Position numbers and translations under genes: made by a program
Source of the DNA: Dehalococcoidia bacterium
GTDB taxonomy: Bacteria; Chloroflexota; Dehalococcoidia; UBA2979
Assembly (NCBI GenBank): GCA_963667465.2
Contig: CAXXDN010000001.1
Location: forward strand, 416,001-480,000
Direction of reading: 5' to 3'
DNA: 64,000 nt
Notes under the pieces: model-generated
What the model saw: only the letters and a program-made list of their open reading frames with translations
Databases searched by the model: none
What the model was told of the DNA's origin: nothing
Shown here: in pieces, positions 49,800 through 57,603 of the stretch
Layout: each line of letters opens with the position of its first letter
Position numbering within the stretch: position 1 is the stretch's first letter

Positions 49800-49943
49800 A
49801 TGGCAGTCGCACTTGGTAAGCGCTACAAGGACGAGAACTCCGAGATCGAGGTGCTCTGCATCAAGCCCGGCGAATGCAACCTCAACGTCGACGGGCGCGG
49901 CATGGAGGAACTGCAGCCGAAGGTGCTGCCCTCCGCCGACTAG
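49800..49943 (+). CDS. 47-aa paralogous microprotein ending LPSAD
   Basis: MAVALGKRYKDENSEIEVLCIKPGECNLNVDGRGMEELQPKVLPSAD; AGGAG RBS. Confidence 0.75.
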   Translation: MAVALGKRYKDENSEIEVLCIKPGECNLNVDGRGMEELQPKVLPSAD

Positions 49944-49971
49944 CAGCGGCCGGTCCCGCATCCATCGCCAA

Positions 49972-49994
49972 AGCCGGGAGCAGCGCTCCCGGCT
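49972..49994 (+). terminator. stem-loop after the microprotein pair (no U-tract)
   Basis: AGCCGGGAGC-AGC-GCTCCCGGCT. Confidence 0.4.
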
Positions 49995-50018
49995 GCTGCG
50001 CGTCCCGCACCCGCCGTC

Positions 50019-51524
50019 GTGACCGCCTCGCCTGAACCCGTGCTGATCGAGGCGCGCCTGCTCACGATGGCGCGCCCCGCCGAACGCCCCGCGCCCGGCG
50101 CCGTCGCCTGCGCCGGCGGCCGCATCGTCGCCGTCGGCACGCCCGAGGACTGCGCGCGCCGCCTGCCCGCGGCGCACCGCCGCATCGAGGCGCGCGAGGC
50201 GACGCTGCTGCCGGGCTTTGTCGACGCGCACGTCCATATCCTCGCCGCCGCTGCTTCCGAGGCCGGGCCGGACGTGACGCCTCGATCCGCCGCGAGCATC
50301 CCGGAGCTGCTCGAAGCGCTGCGTGAGGCGGCGTCGCGGACAGCGCCCGGCCGCTGGGTGCGCGCCGCCGGCTACGAGGAGCTGATGCTCGCCGAGGGCC
50401 GCCCACCGACGCGAGCCGAGCTCGACCACGCCGTGCCCGCCCACCCCGTCCGCCTGATCCAGCGCAGCGGTCACGCCGAGGTGCTGAACTCGCGCGCACT
50501 CGCCCTCGTCGGCATCAACGAGTCCACGCCGGAGCCGCCGGGCGCTGTCTTCGGGCGCTCGCTCGAGCACGGCCGGCTCGACGGGCTGCTGCTCGGCATG
50601 GCGGACGTGATCGAGGCCGCGATGCCGCCACCGGATCCCGGCGCCGTCGATCAGCATGTCCGCCGCTGGGCGCACGCGCGCGCCGCCGAGGGCGTCACGA
50701 CCCTCGTCGACGCCGGCGTGCGCAACGGACCGGCGGAGTGGGCGACGCTCGAGCGCCTGCTTCGAGCAGGCGCGATCCCGCAGCGTCTCGTCTCGATGGA
50801 GTCGGTGGCTGCCCTCGGCACGTTGCCCGCCGAGGGCGCGGGTGGTCGCCTGCGGCGCGGCGAGACGAAGCTGCAGCCCGCCACCTTCGAGGGCGAGGCG
50901 CCGGCTGCCGGGCCCCTCGAGGCTGGCGTGCGGGCGGCGATCGAGGCGGGGCGGCGTGTCGCCATGCACGCGCCAACGCAGCCGGCGGTTGCGGCGTCGC
51001 TGGCCGCGTTCCGCGCGAGCGGTGCGCCGTCCGGGCAGCGCATCGAGCACGCTCCGCTGCTGACCGCGCAACTGATCGAGGAGATCGTTGCGCTTGGCGC
51101 GGTGGTCGTGGCGCAACCGGGCCTGCTCAACGAGGTCGGCGGGCGCTACCGGCAGCTGCTCGACGCGGAGCAGCGGGCGCGGCTGCATCCCTGGCGCGCG
51201 CTGCTTGCTGCGGGCGGCGCGCTCGCCTTCAGCAGCGACGCCCCGATCTCGCGGGCGAGCGTCCTCGAGGCTGTCGCGGCGGCCTCGCTGGATCGGCCGG
51301 CCGACCTCGCGCCGGAGCAGGCGATCGCGCCGCTCGAGGCGCTGCGGGCGTGGACGGCAGGCGCGGCCAACGCCGCCCGCCTCGAGGACCGCGGCCGCCT
51401 CCGTGAGGGCGCTGTCGCCGACCTCGTGCTCCTCGACGGGCCGCTCGATCGGGACCCCGCGAGCGCCCGCGTGCGGCTCACCGTGATCGGCGGCGAAGTA
51501 GCGTTCGAGGGGGGCGGTTCGTAG
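50019..51524 (+). CDS. amidohydrolase family 3 (YtcJ-like)
   Basis: PGFVDAHVH, SGH, MHA, RIEH, FSSD, ADLVLLD. Confidence 0.85.
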   Translation: MTASPEPVLIEARLLTMARPAERPAPGAVACAGGRIVAVGTPEDCARRLPAAHRRIEAREATLLPGFVDAHVHILAAAASEAGPDVTPRSAASIPELLEALREAASRTAPGRWVRAAGYEELMLAEGRPPTRAELDHAVPAHPVRLIQRSGHAEVLNSRALALVGINESTPEPPGAVFGRSLEHGRLDGLLLGMADVIEAAMPPPDPGAVDQHVRRWAHARAAEGVTTLVDAGVRNGPAEWATLERLLRAGAIPQRLVSMESVAALGTLPAEGAGGRLRRGETKLQPATFEGEAPAAGPLEAGVRAAIEAGRRVAMHAPTQPAVAASLAAFRASGAPSGQRIEHAPLLTAQLIEEIVALGAVVVAQPGLLNEVGGRYRQLLDAEQRARLHPWRALLAAGGALAFSSDAPISRASVLEAVAAASLDRPADLAPEQAIAPLEALRAWTAGAANAARLEDRGRLREGAVADLVLLDGPLDRDPASARVRLTVIGGEVAFEGGGS

Positions 51525-51589
51525 GGGGAGTCAATCGTGGCTCACGTCGGGGGTATTCGAGGTACGCTATGGGCGGTGCAGGAAGGGCA

Positions 51590-51826
51590 ATGCAGGTGGG
51601 CTGGGAAGAGCGGATCGAGTTGAACCCCGCCATCCTCGCGGGGAAGCCGGTCGTAAAGGGGACGCGTCTTGCAGTCGAGTTCATCGTCGAGTTGCTCGCC
51701 GACGAGTGGACGGAAGAGGCGATTCTCCGCGAGTACCCTGGCCTGAGCCACAAGGACATCCAGGCCTGCCTGCGCTACGCAAGCGAGCGTTTGCAGGCAG
51801 AGAAGATCTACCCCCTCAACGTATAA
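51590..51826 (+). CDS. DUF433 antitoxin
   Basis: GKPVVKGTRL, EYPGL, DIQACLRYA. Confidence 0.88.
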   Translation: MQVGWEERIELNPAILAGKPVVKGTRLAVEFIVELLADEWTEEAILREYPGLSHKDIQACLRYASERLQAEKIYPLNV

Positions 51827-51832
51827 CCGGGC

Positions 51833-52192
51833 ATGCGGTTCCTCGCGGACGAGAACATTCCCGAGCGCATGGTCGAGGCGTTGCGCCGCCTGGACCATGA
51901 CGTGACCTGGGTTCACCTGGAGGCTCCCGGGAGTGTGGACGAACGAGTACTCGAGCGCGCAGCGTCGGAGAACCGAGTGCTGGTCACAGCCGACAAGGAC
52001 TTCGGGGAGCTTGCCTTCCGCCAGCGGTTTCCAGCTACCAGCGGAGTCATCCTCCTTCGAGTTCGCGGTTCCGCCGAGGCCCGTACGGCGGCACTCGTGG
52101 CAGCGGTCGAAGCCCGCGAGGATTGGACCGGCCAGTTCGCGGTTGTCGCGAACGATCGCGTCCGCGTGACGCCCCTGCCCCCCGCTGAATAG
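51833..52192 (+). CDS. DUF5615 PIN-like toxin
   Basis: MRFLADEN, RVLVTADKDFGEL, GVILLR. Confidence 0.88.
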   Translation: MRFLADENIPERMVEALRRLDHDVTWVHLEAPGSVDERVLERAASENRVLVTADKDFGELAFRQRFPATSGVILLRVRGSAEARTAALVAAVEAREDWTGQFAVVANDRVRVTPLPPAE

Positions 52193-52261
52193 GGAGCCCC
52201 GTTCGCAGTGCGCTCCCGGCTCACCTGTGCCGACAAGGGCGGGCGAGCGCGGGGCGGACGT

Positions 52262-52291
52262 TTGACGGGCCGCGGGGGCGACCCCTACGAT
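52262..52291 (+). promoter_or_regulatory. rpsU promoter
   Basis: TTGACG-18 bp-TACGAT. Confidence 0.55.
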
Positions 52292-52353
52292 CCCTCGACG
52301 GCTACGAACACGCGACCCGGATGGGGCGCGGCGGGGACGGGATTGCATACCGG

Positions 52354-52557
52354 GTGACTGAAGTCTTTGTCGGCGAGTCGGAATCCTTCGAGGGCGCTCT
52401 GAAGCGCTTCAACAAGCGCGTCCAGGCGGACGGGATCCTGTCCGAGGCGCGGCGCGCCGAGTACTACGAGAAGCCCTCGGTCCGGCGCAAGAAGAAGGAA
52501 GCTGCCCGCCTGCGCAAGCTGCGCAAGGCGATGCGAGCCCAGGTCCGGCGCCGCTGA
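52354..52557 (+). CDS. rpsU: 30S ribosomal protein S21
   Basis: ESFEGALKRF...YYEKPSVRRKKK. Confidence 0.93.
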   Translation: MTEVFVGESESFEGALKRFNKRVQADGILSEARRAEYYEKPSVRRKKKEAARLRKLRKAMRAQVRRR

Positions 52558-52634
52558 ACCGAGCCCCGGCGTCGGCCGGGGTCCGCTGCTGTTGACTGCT
52601 GCACCCCCGCGACCGGTACGGCCGGGAAGGCGCC

Positions 52635-53087
52635 ATGCCCGCACTGCTCGACACCATTCGTTCCGAGATGACCGCCGCGATGCGCGCCGGGGATACCCAG
52701 CGCCGCGACACGCTGCGGCTGCTGATTGCTGCCCTCGACAACGCCCGCATTGCCGCCGGCCGCGATCTCAACGACGAGGATGCGCTCGCGGCCCTGCAGC
52801 GCGAGGCGAAGCAGCGCCGCGAATCGATCGAGGAGTACCGCAAGGGCGGCCGCGACGACCTCGTGGAGGCGGAGCAGGCCGAGTTGACGATCATCGAGGC
52901 GTACCTGCCGGACCAGCTCGGCGAGGACGAACTCCGCGCGATCGCCCGCGAGCTGATCGAGGAGCGTGGCGCCAGCGGCCCGGGCGACCTCGGAGCGGTG
53001 ATGGGTCCGTTGATGCAGCGCGTGCGTGGACGCGCCGACGGCCGCCAGGCGAACGCGATCGTGCGGGAGCTGCTCTCCGGAGCTTGA
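52635..53087 (+). CDS. GatB/YqeY domain protein
   Basis: AMRAGD, KQRRESIEEY, YLP, GAVMG, GRADG. Confidence 0.9.
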   Translation: MPALLDTIRSEMTAAMRAGDTQRRDTLRLLIAALDNARIAAGRDLNDEDALAALQREAKQRRESIEEYRKGGRDDLVEAEQAELTIIEAYLPDQLGEDELRAIARELIEERGASGPGDLGAVMGPLMQRVRGRADGRQANAIVRELLSGA

Positions 53088-53136
53088 TGATCGGGGGCGG
53101 GATGGTCGCCCGCAGCAGGCAGCGAGGGATGCCGCC

Positions 53137-55407
53137 GTGCTGAGCCGTCCTGCCGAGGCCCGAGGCTGGTTCGCGCGGCCGGCCGCCATCCTGCTCGGCC
53201 TCGTCATCGCTGCGGTCCTCTTCTCAGTGCTCTTCCCGTGGTTCCCGGGCGGCGCGGGCATGCGCGCGGGCGACGCCTCCCCCTGGACGCTCTCCGCCCC
53301 GCGAGACCTCTCCTACGAGTCCCTGGTCCTGACCGGCGCGGCGCGCGAGGAGGCCGCCGAAGCGGTCGCCGACGTGCGCCGCCGCGACGACTCGATCGCC
53401 GAGATCCAGATCGCCGAACTGACCCGCCAGGTCGATCTGATCGAGGAGGCGCGCGCCGCCGTGCTCTCCGCCTCCGCCCGCGAGTCGAGGATCCGAGCGG
53501 CCACCGGCGGCGAGCTGTCGGACCAGGCGGTCACGCTGCTCGGCGAGATTCCGGACACGGACTTCCGCACGCTGGGCGACGAGGCGCGCGACATCCTCGG
53601 GCGCGTGCTGTCGGGCAGCATCGCCGCCGTGGGCGTCGCGTCCGCTCGCCAGCAAGTGGCCGAACTGCTCCCGGTCGGGCTCGACGACGATCAGCGCCTT
53701 GCGCTGACGGACCTCATCGGCCCGCTCATCGTCCCGACGCTTGTCGTCGACGAGACGCGGACCGAGGAACGGCGCCAGGAGGCGCGCGACGCGGTGCCGC
53801 CGGTCCGCGTCACGCGCGAGCGCGGCCAGGTGCTGGTCGTGCAGGAGCAGCGGTTGAACCCGGCCGACATCGAGCTGCTCGCCGCCGCCGGGCTGAATCC
53901 TCGAGGCGTGCGCACCACGCATGTGATCGCCGCGGGCATCGTCTCGCTGCTCTCCGGCGCGGCCTGCGGGGTCTATCTCTTCGTTGCGCGCCCGCGCGCG
54001 CTCGCCGGCGTGCGCCGCCTGACGCTGTTCACGCTGCTGTTGGTGGCGCCGGCCGCCGCGATCAAGTTCACGTTGCCGCTCGTGCTGCCCGATGTGGACC
54101 GGCACTTCCTCGCCTACGCGCTGCCGCTGGCGGCGTCGCCGATTGCGGCCGTGGTGCTGCTCGATCTCGGAGCTGCCGTCCTGCTGACCGTCCTCCTCTC
54201 CTCGATCTCCGTGTTCGTCTCGATCTATCTGCCCTTCGGCGACGCTGCGGGAACCGGGCAACTGGAGACGGCCAGGGCGTTCCTCGCCGTCTGCGCCGCC
54301 TCGCTGGCCGGACTGTTCGTGGCCGCGCGGGCGAACAACCTGGGGCGCTACCTGACGGCCGGATTCGCCGCGGCGCTTGCCGCCGGCGCCGCGCTCGGGA
54401 CGGTCTGGCTGATCGATCCCGACCGGCGCGCCGAGGATCTCGCCTGGATCGCAGGCGCTGCCGGCGTCAGCGGCATTGCCTCGGCGCTGATCGGCGTCGG
54501 CTTCTTCGTCTTGCTGAGCCGCCCCTTCGGCATCATCACGCGCGTCGAGCTGATGGAGCTGGCGCAGCTCAGCCACCCGCTGCTGCGCCGCCTGCAGGAC
54601 GAGGCGCCCGGCACCTTCCAGCACTCGGTGATGGTCTCGAACATGGCCGAACGCGCCGCCGACCGGATCGGCGCCGACTCGCTGCTCGTGCGTGTCGGCG
54701 CCTACTACCACGACGTCGGCAAGCTGGTGGCGCCGGGCTTCTTCGTCGAGAACTCGTCCGCGGAGGTGGATCCGCACGCCTCGCTCGACCCGCTGCAGAG
54801 CACGCGCGTGATCCAGCAGCACGTCATCGCCGGCGCCGAGATCGCGCGCCGCGAGGGCGTCCCGATGGCGATCACGCAATTCATCCCGCAGCACCACGGC
54901 ACGCGCCTCGTCGAGTTCTTCTACCGCCGCGCCGCCGCAGAGGATCCGGAGATCGACCCGGACCTGTTCCGCTACCCGGGTCCGAAGCCGCAGAGCCGCG
55001 AGACCGCCATCGTCATGCTCGCCGACTCCAGCGAGGCCACCGTCCGCGCCAGCAACGACCGCACCGCGGAACGGATCCGCGAGATCGTCGAGAACGTCAT
55101 GCGCGAACGGCTCGAGGAGCAGCAGTTCGACGAGTGCGACATTTCGCTGCGCGACCTGCGCGTCGTCGTCGACTCGTTCGTCGCGACGCTGACCGCCGTC
55201 TACCACCCCCGCGTCGAGTACCCGGAGCCGACCGCAAGGGAGCTGCAGGAGCGGGGCGTGGCCGCGTCCGAGCGGCTCCCGGCCGGCGAACCGCTCCCCG
55301 ACCGCTTGCCGCAGGGCGAGCGCGGGGATGCGCGCGAGAGCGGCGAGGAAGCCGCCGCGCGCCCGATCTGGGCAGCCGCGCCCTGGCGCCGCCGGCGCGA
55401 CGGGTAG
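53137..55407 (+). CDS. 7TM-HD phosphohydrolase (PgpH-like)
   Basis: extracellular domain, multiple TMs, APGTFQHS, YYHDVGK, QHHGT, YPGPKP, MLADS. Confidence 0.88.
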   Translation: MLSRPAEARGWFARPAAILLGLVIAAVLFSVLFPWFPGGAGMRAGDASPWTLSAPRDLSYESLVLTGAAREEAAEAVADVRRRDDSIAEIQIAELTRQVDLIEEARAAVLSASARESRIRAATGGELSDQAVTLLGEIPDTDFRTLGDEARDILGRVLSGSIAAVGVASARQQVAELLPVGLDDDQRLALTDLIGPLIVPTLVVDETRTEERRQEARDAVPPVRVTRERGQVLVVQEQRLNPADIELLAAAGLNPRGVRTTHVIAAGIVSLLSGAACGVYLFVARPRALAGVRRLTLFTLLLVAPAAAIKFTLPLVLPDVDRHFLAYALPLAASPIAAVVLLDLGAAVLLTVLLSSISVFVSIYLPFGDAAGTGQLETARAFLAVCAASLAGLFVAARANNLGRYLTAGFAAALAAGAALGTVWLIDPDRRAEDLAWIAGAAGVSGIASALIGVGFFVLLSRPFGIITRVELMELAQLSHPLLRRLQDEAPGTFQHSVMVSNMAERAADRIGADSLLVRVGAYYHDVGKLVAPGFFVENSSAEVDPHASLDPLQSTRVIQQHVIAGAEIARREGVPMAITQFIPQHHGTRLVEFFYRRAAAEDPEIDPDLFRYPGPKPQSRETAIVMLADSSEATVRASNDRTAERIREIVENVMRERLEEQQFDECDISLRDLRVVVDSFVATLTAVYHPRVEYPEPTARELQERGVAASERLPAGEPLPDRLPQGERGDARESGEEAAARPIWAAAPWRRRRDG

Positions 55408-55573
55408 CGCCCTCGCCGCACGCGATGCAGTGCATCAGAAGTGCGCGTTACCGAGGGCGTTCGCCGCGCAGCGCGCTCCTGTTGCCTCGGACTTCGGCAA
55501 CAGGTCCAATGATGCGATCCAGGCGATACCACCACGCCGGAGCGCCGCCTATACTCGGACCACCCCCGGGAGG

Positions 55574-56281
55574 ATGGAAACGTCGGTGCGGGCTGCAGTC
55601 GTGGTCTTCCCCGGCAGCTGGAGCGACGGCGACTGTCTGTTCGCCCTCGGGCGGGTCGGCGTCGACGCCTACCGCGTCTGGCATCGCGAGACGGACCTCG
55701 GCGACGCGGATCTGGTCGTCCTGCCCGGCGGCTTCTCCTACGGCGACTACCTGCGCTGCGGCGCGATTGCGCGCTTCTCGCCCGTGATGCAGGCGGTGCG
55801 CGCACACGCCGCCGCGGGCGGCCTGGTGATCGGCATCTGCAACGGATTCCAGATCCTCTGCGAGGCGGGCATGTTGCCCGGCGTGCTGATGCGCAACGCC
55901 TCGCTGCAGTTCCGCTGCCAGCCCGTGCACCTCGCCGCCGCCGAGCACGCCTCGCCGTTCACCGCCGGGATCGAGGCCGGCCGCGTGCTGCAGGTGCCGA
56001 TCTCGCATGGCGAGGGCAACTACTTCGCCGACGCCGCCACCCTCGAGGCGCTCGAGTCGCAGTGCCGCGTCGCCTTCCGCTACTGCACGGCGGACGGCCT
56101 CGTGACCCCCGAGGCGAACCCCAACGGCTCGGTGGCGAACATCGCCGGTGTGCTCAACGCGGAGGGCAACGTGCTCGGCATGATGCCGCACCCCGAGCGC
56201 GCCGCGGCGCCGCTGCTCGGCGGCGAGGACGGCAACCTGATCTGGCAGTCCGTGCTCGCGCGTGTGGGTGCGCCGGCGTGA
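55574..56281 (+). CDS. purQ: FGAM synthase glutaminase subunit
   Basis: PGGFSYGDYLR, GICNGFQ, HGEGN, GMMPHPER. Confidence 0.95.
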   Translation: METSVRAAVVVFPGSWSDGDCLFALGRVGVDAYRVWHRETDLGDADLVVLPGGFSYGDYLRCGAIARFSPVMQAVRAHAAAGGLVIGICNGFQILCEAGMLPGVLMRNASLQFRCQPVHLAAAEHASPFTAGIEAGRVLQVPISHGEGNYFADAATLEALESQCRVAFRYCTADGLVTPEANPNGSVANIAGVLNAEGNVLGMMPHPERAAAPLLGGEDGNLIWQSVLARVGAPA

Positions 56282-56296
56282 CGGAGGAGGTGCGCG

Positions 56297-56941
56297 ATGG
56301 CCGCTGATTTCACGAGTCCGGCCTACCCGGCGCGGCTCCGGATCGACTATCCGGAGGAGGGGTTGAACCGCGTCACGACGCTCTTCCGCCTGATCATGGC
56401 CATCCCGATTGTCGTGGTGCTTGGGGTGCTGACCGGCGGCGGGTCGAGTACTGAAGAAGTCGACGCAATTCTGCCGACCGTCGTCTCGGCGGGCGGCATC
56501 ATCTTGCTGCCCGTGCTGCTCATGGTCCTGTTCCGGGGCAAGTACCCGCGCTGGTGGTTCGACTGGAACGTCGAGTTGACCCGCTTCTCCAGTCGCGTTG
56601 GCTGCTACTTCCTCCTGCTGCGCGACGAGTACCCCTCGACGGACGAGGAGCAGGCGGTACACATCGAGATCGATTACCCGGACGCGGAGCGCGACCTCAA
56701 CCGCTGGTTGCCGCTGGTGAAGTGGCTGCTGGCGATCCCGCACTACGTCGTACTGGCGGTCCTCAGCATCGTCGTGGTGGTGATCACGGTGCTCGCCTGG
56801 TTCGCGATCCTGTTCACGGGGCGCTACCCGCGCGGGATGTTCAACTTCGTCGTGGGCTGGAGCCGCTGGGCGCTGCGCGTCAGCGCCTACGCCTTCCTGC
56901 TCACCACCGACCGCTACCCGCCGTTCAGCTTCGAGGAGTAA
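56297..56941 (+). CDS. DUF4389 membrane protein
   Basis: internally duplicated LNRW...LAIPH...GRYP...YPPF. Confidence 0.85.
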   Translation: MAADFTSPAYPARLRIDYPEEGLNRVTTLFRLIMAIPIVVVLGVLTGGGSSTEEVDAILPTVVSAGGIILLPVLLMVLFRGKYPRWWFDWNVELTRFSSRVGCYFLLLRDEYPSTDEEQAVHIEIDYPDAERDLNRWLPLVKWLLAIPHYVVLAVLSIVVVVITVLAWFAILFTGRYPRGMFNFVVGWSRWALRVSAYAFLLTTDRYPPFSFEE

Positions 56942-56983
56942 CGCCGAGGAGTAACGCCGAGGAGTAACGCCGAGGAGTAACAC
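56932..56983. repeat. 13-bp tandem repeat x4 (CGAGGAGTAACGC)
   Basis: begins in the last codons of the DUF4389 gene. Confidence 0.9.
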
Positions 56984-57023
56984 CGCGCGTCTCGCGGGGC
57001 GCGGTGGGATTGAGAGGAGCACG

Positions 57024-57587
57024 ATGGACGACTACCCGGTGGCGTTCGATGTCGCCTACCCGGAGGCGCCGAACCGCTGGCTCATCCTGATCCGCTGGCT
57101 GCTGGCGATCCCGCACTACGTGGTGCTGTACTTCCTCGGGCTGCTCGCCGGGGTCGTGTTGATCATTTCGTTCTTCACGATCCTCTTCGCGAGGACCTAC
57201 CCGGACAGCCTGTACAACTTCATGGTGGGCGTGAACCGCTGGAACGCGAATGTCGGCGCTTACATCCTCTTCCATGACCGCTACCCGCCGTTCAGCATGG
57301 GCGAGAATGACTACGAGGGCGTCACGTTCACGGTCGAGAAGCCGGACTTCAACCGCTGGCTCGTGTTGATCAAGTGGCTGCTTGTGATCCCGCACCTGCT
57401 CGTGCTGTACTTCCTCGGCCTGATCGCCATGGTCGCCCTCATTCCGCTCGTCCTCGCGGTGCTCTTCACCGGACGCTACCCGCGAGGGCTGTTCGACTTC
57501 CTCGTCGGCGTCGGGCGCTGGAACGCGCGGGTGAGCGCCTACGCAGCGTTCCTCGTCGACCGCTACCCGCCGTTCTCGCTGCGCTAG
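57024..57587 (+). CDS. DUF4389 membrane protein (paralog)
   Basis: NRW...LAIPHY...DRYPPFS, twice. Confidence 0.85.
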   Translation: MDDYPVAFDVAYPEAPNRWLILIRWLLAIPHYVVLYFLGLLAGVVLIISFFTILFARTYPDSLYNFMVGVNRWNANVGAYILFHDRYPPFSMGENDYEGVTFTVEKPDFNRWLVLIKWLLVIPHLLVLYFLGLIAMVALIPLVLAVLFTGRYPRGLFDFLVGVGRWNARVSAYAAFLVDRYPPFSLR

Positions 57588-57603
57588 CGACGGGGGGCTG
57601 GAC

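Noticed and set aside
56932-56983. 13-bp repeat as CRISPR or iterons
   Set aside because: Too short, no spacers, derived from the end of the upstream gene
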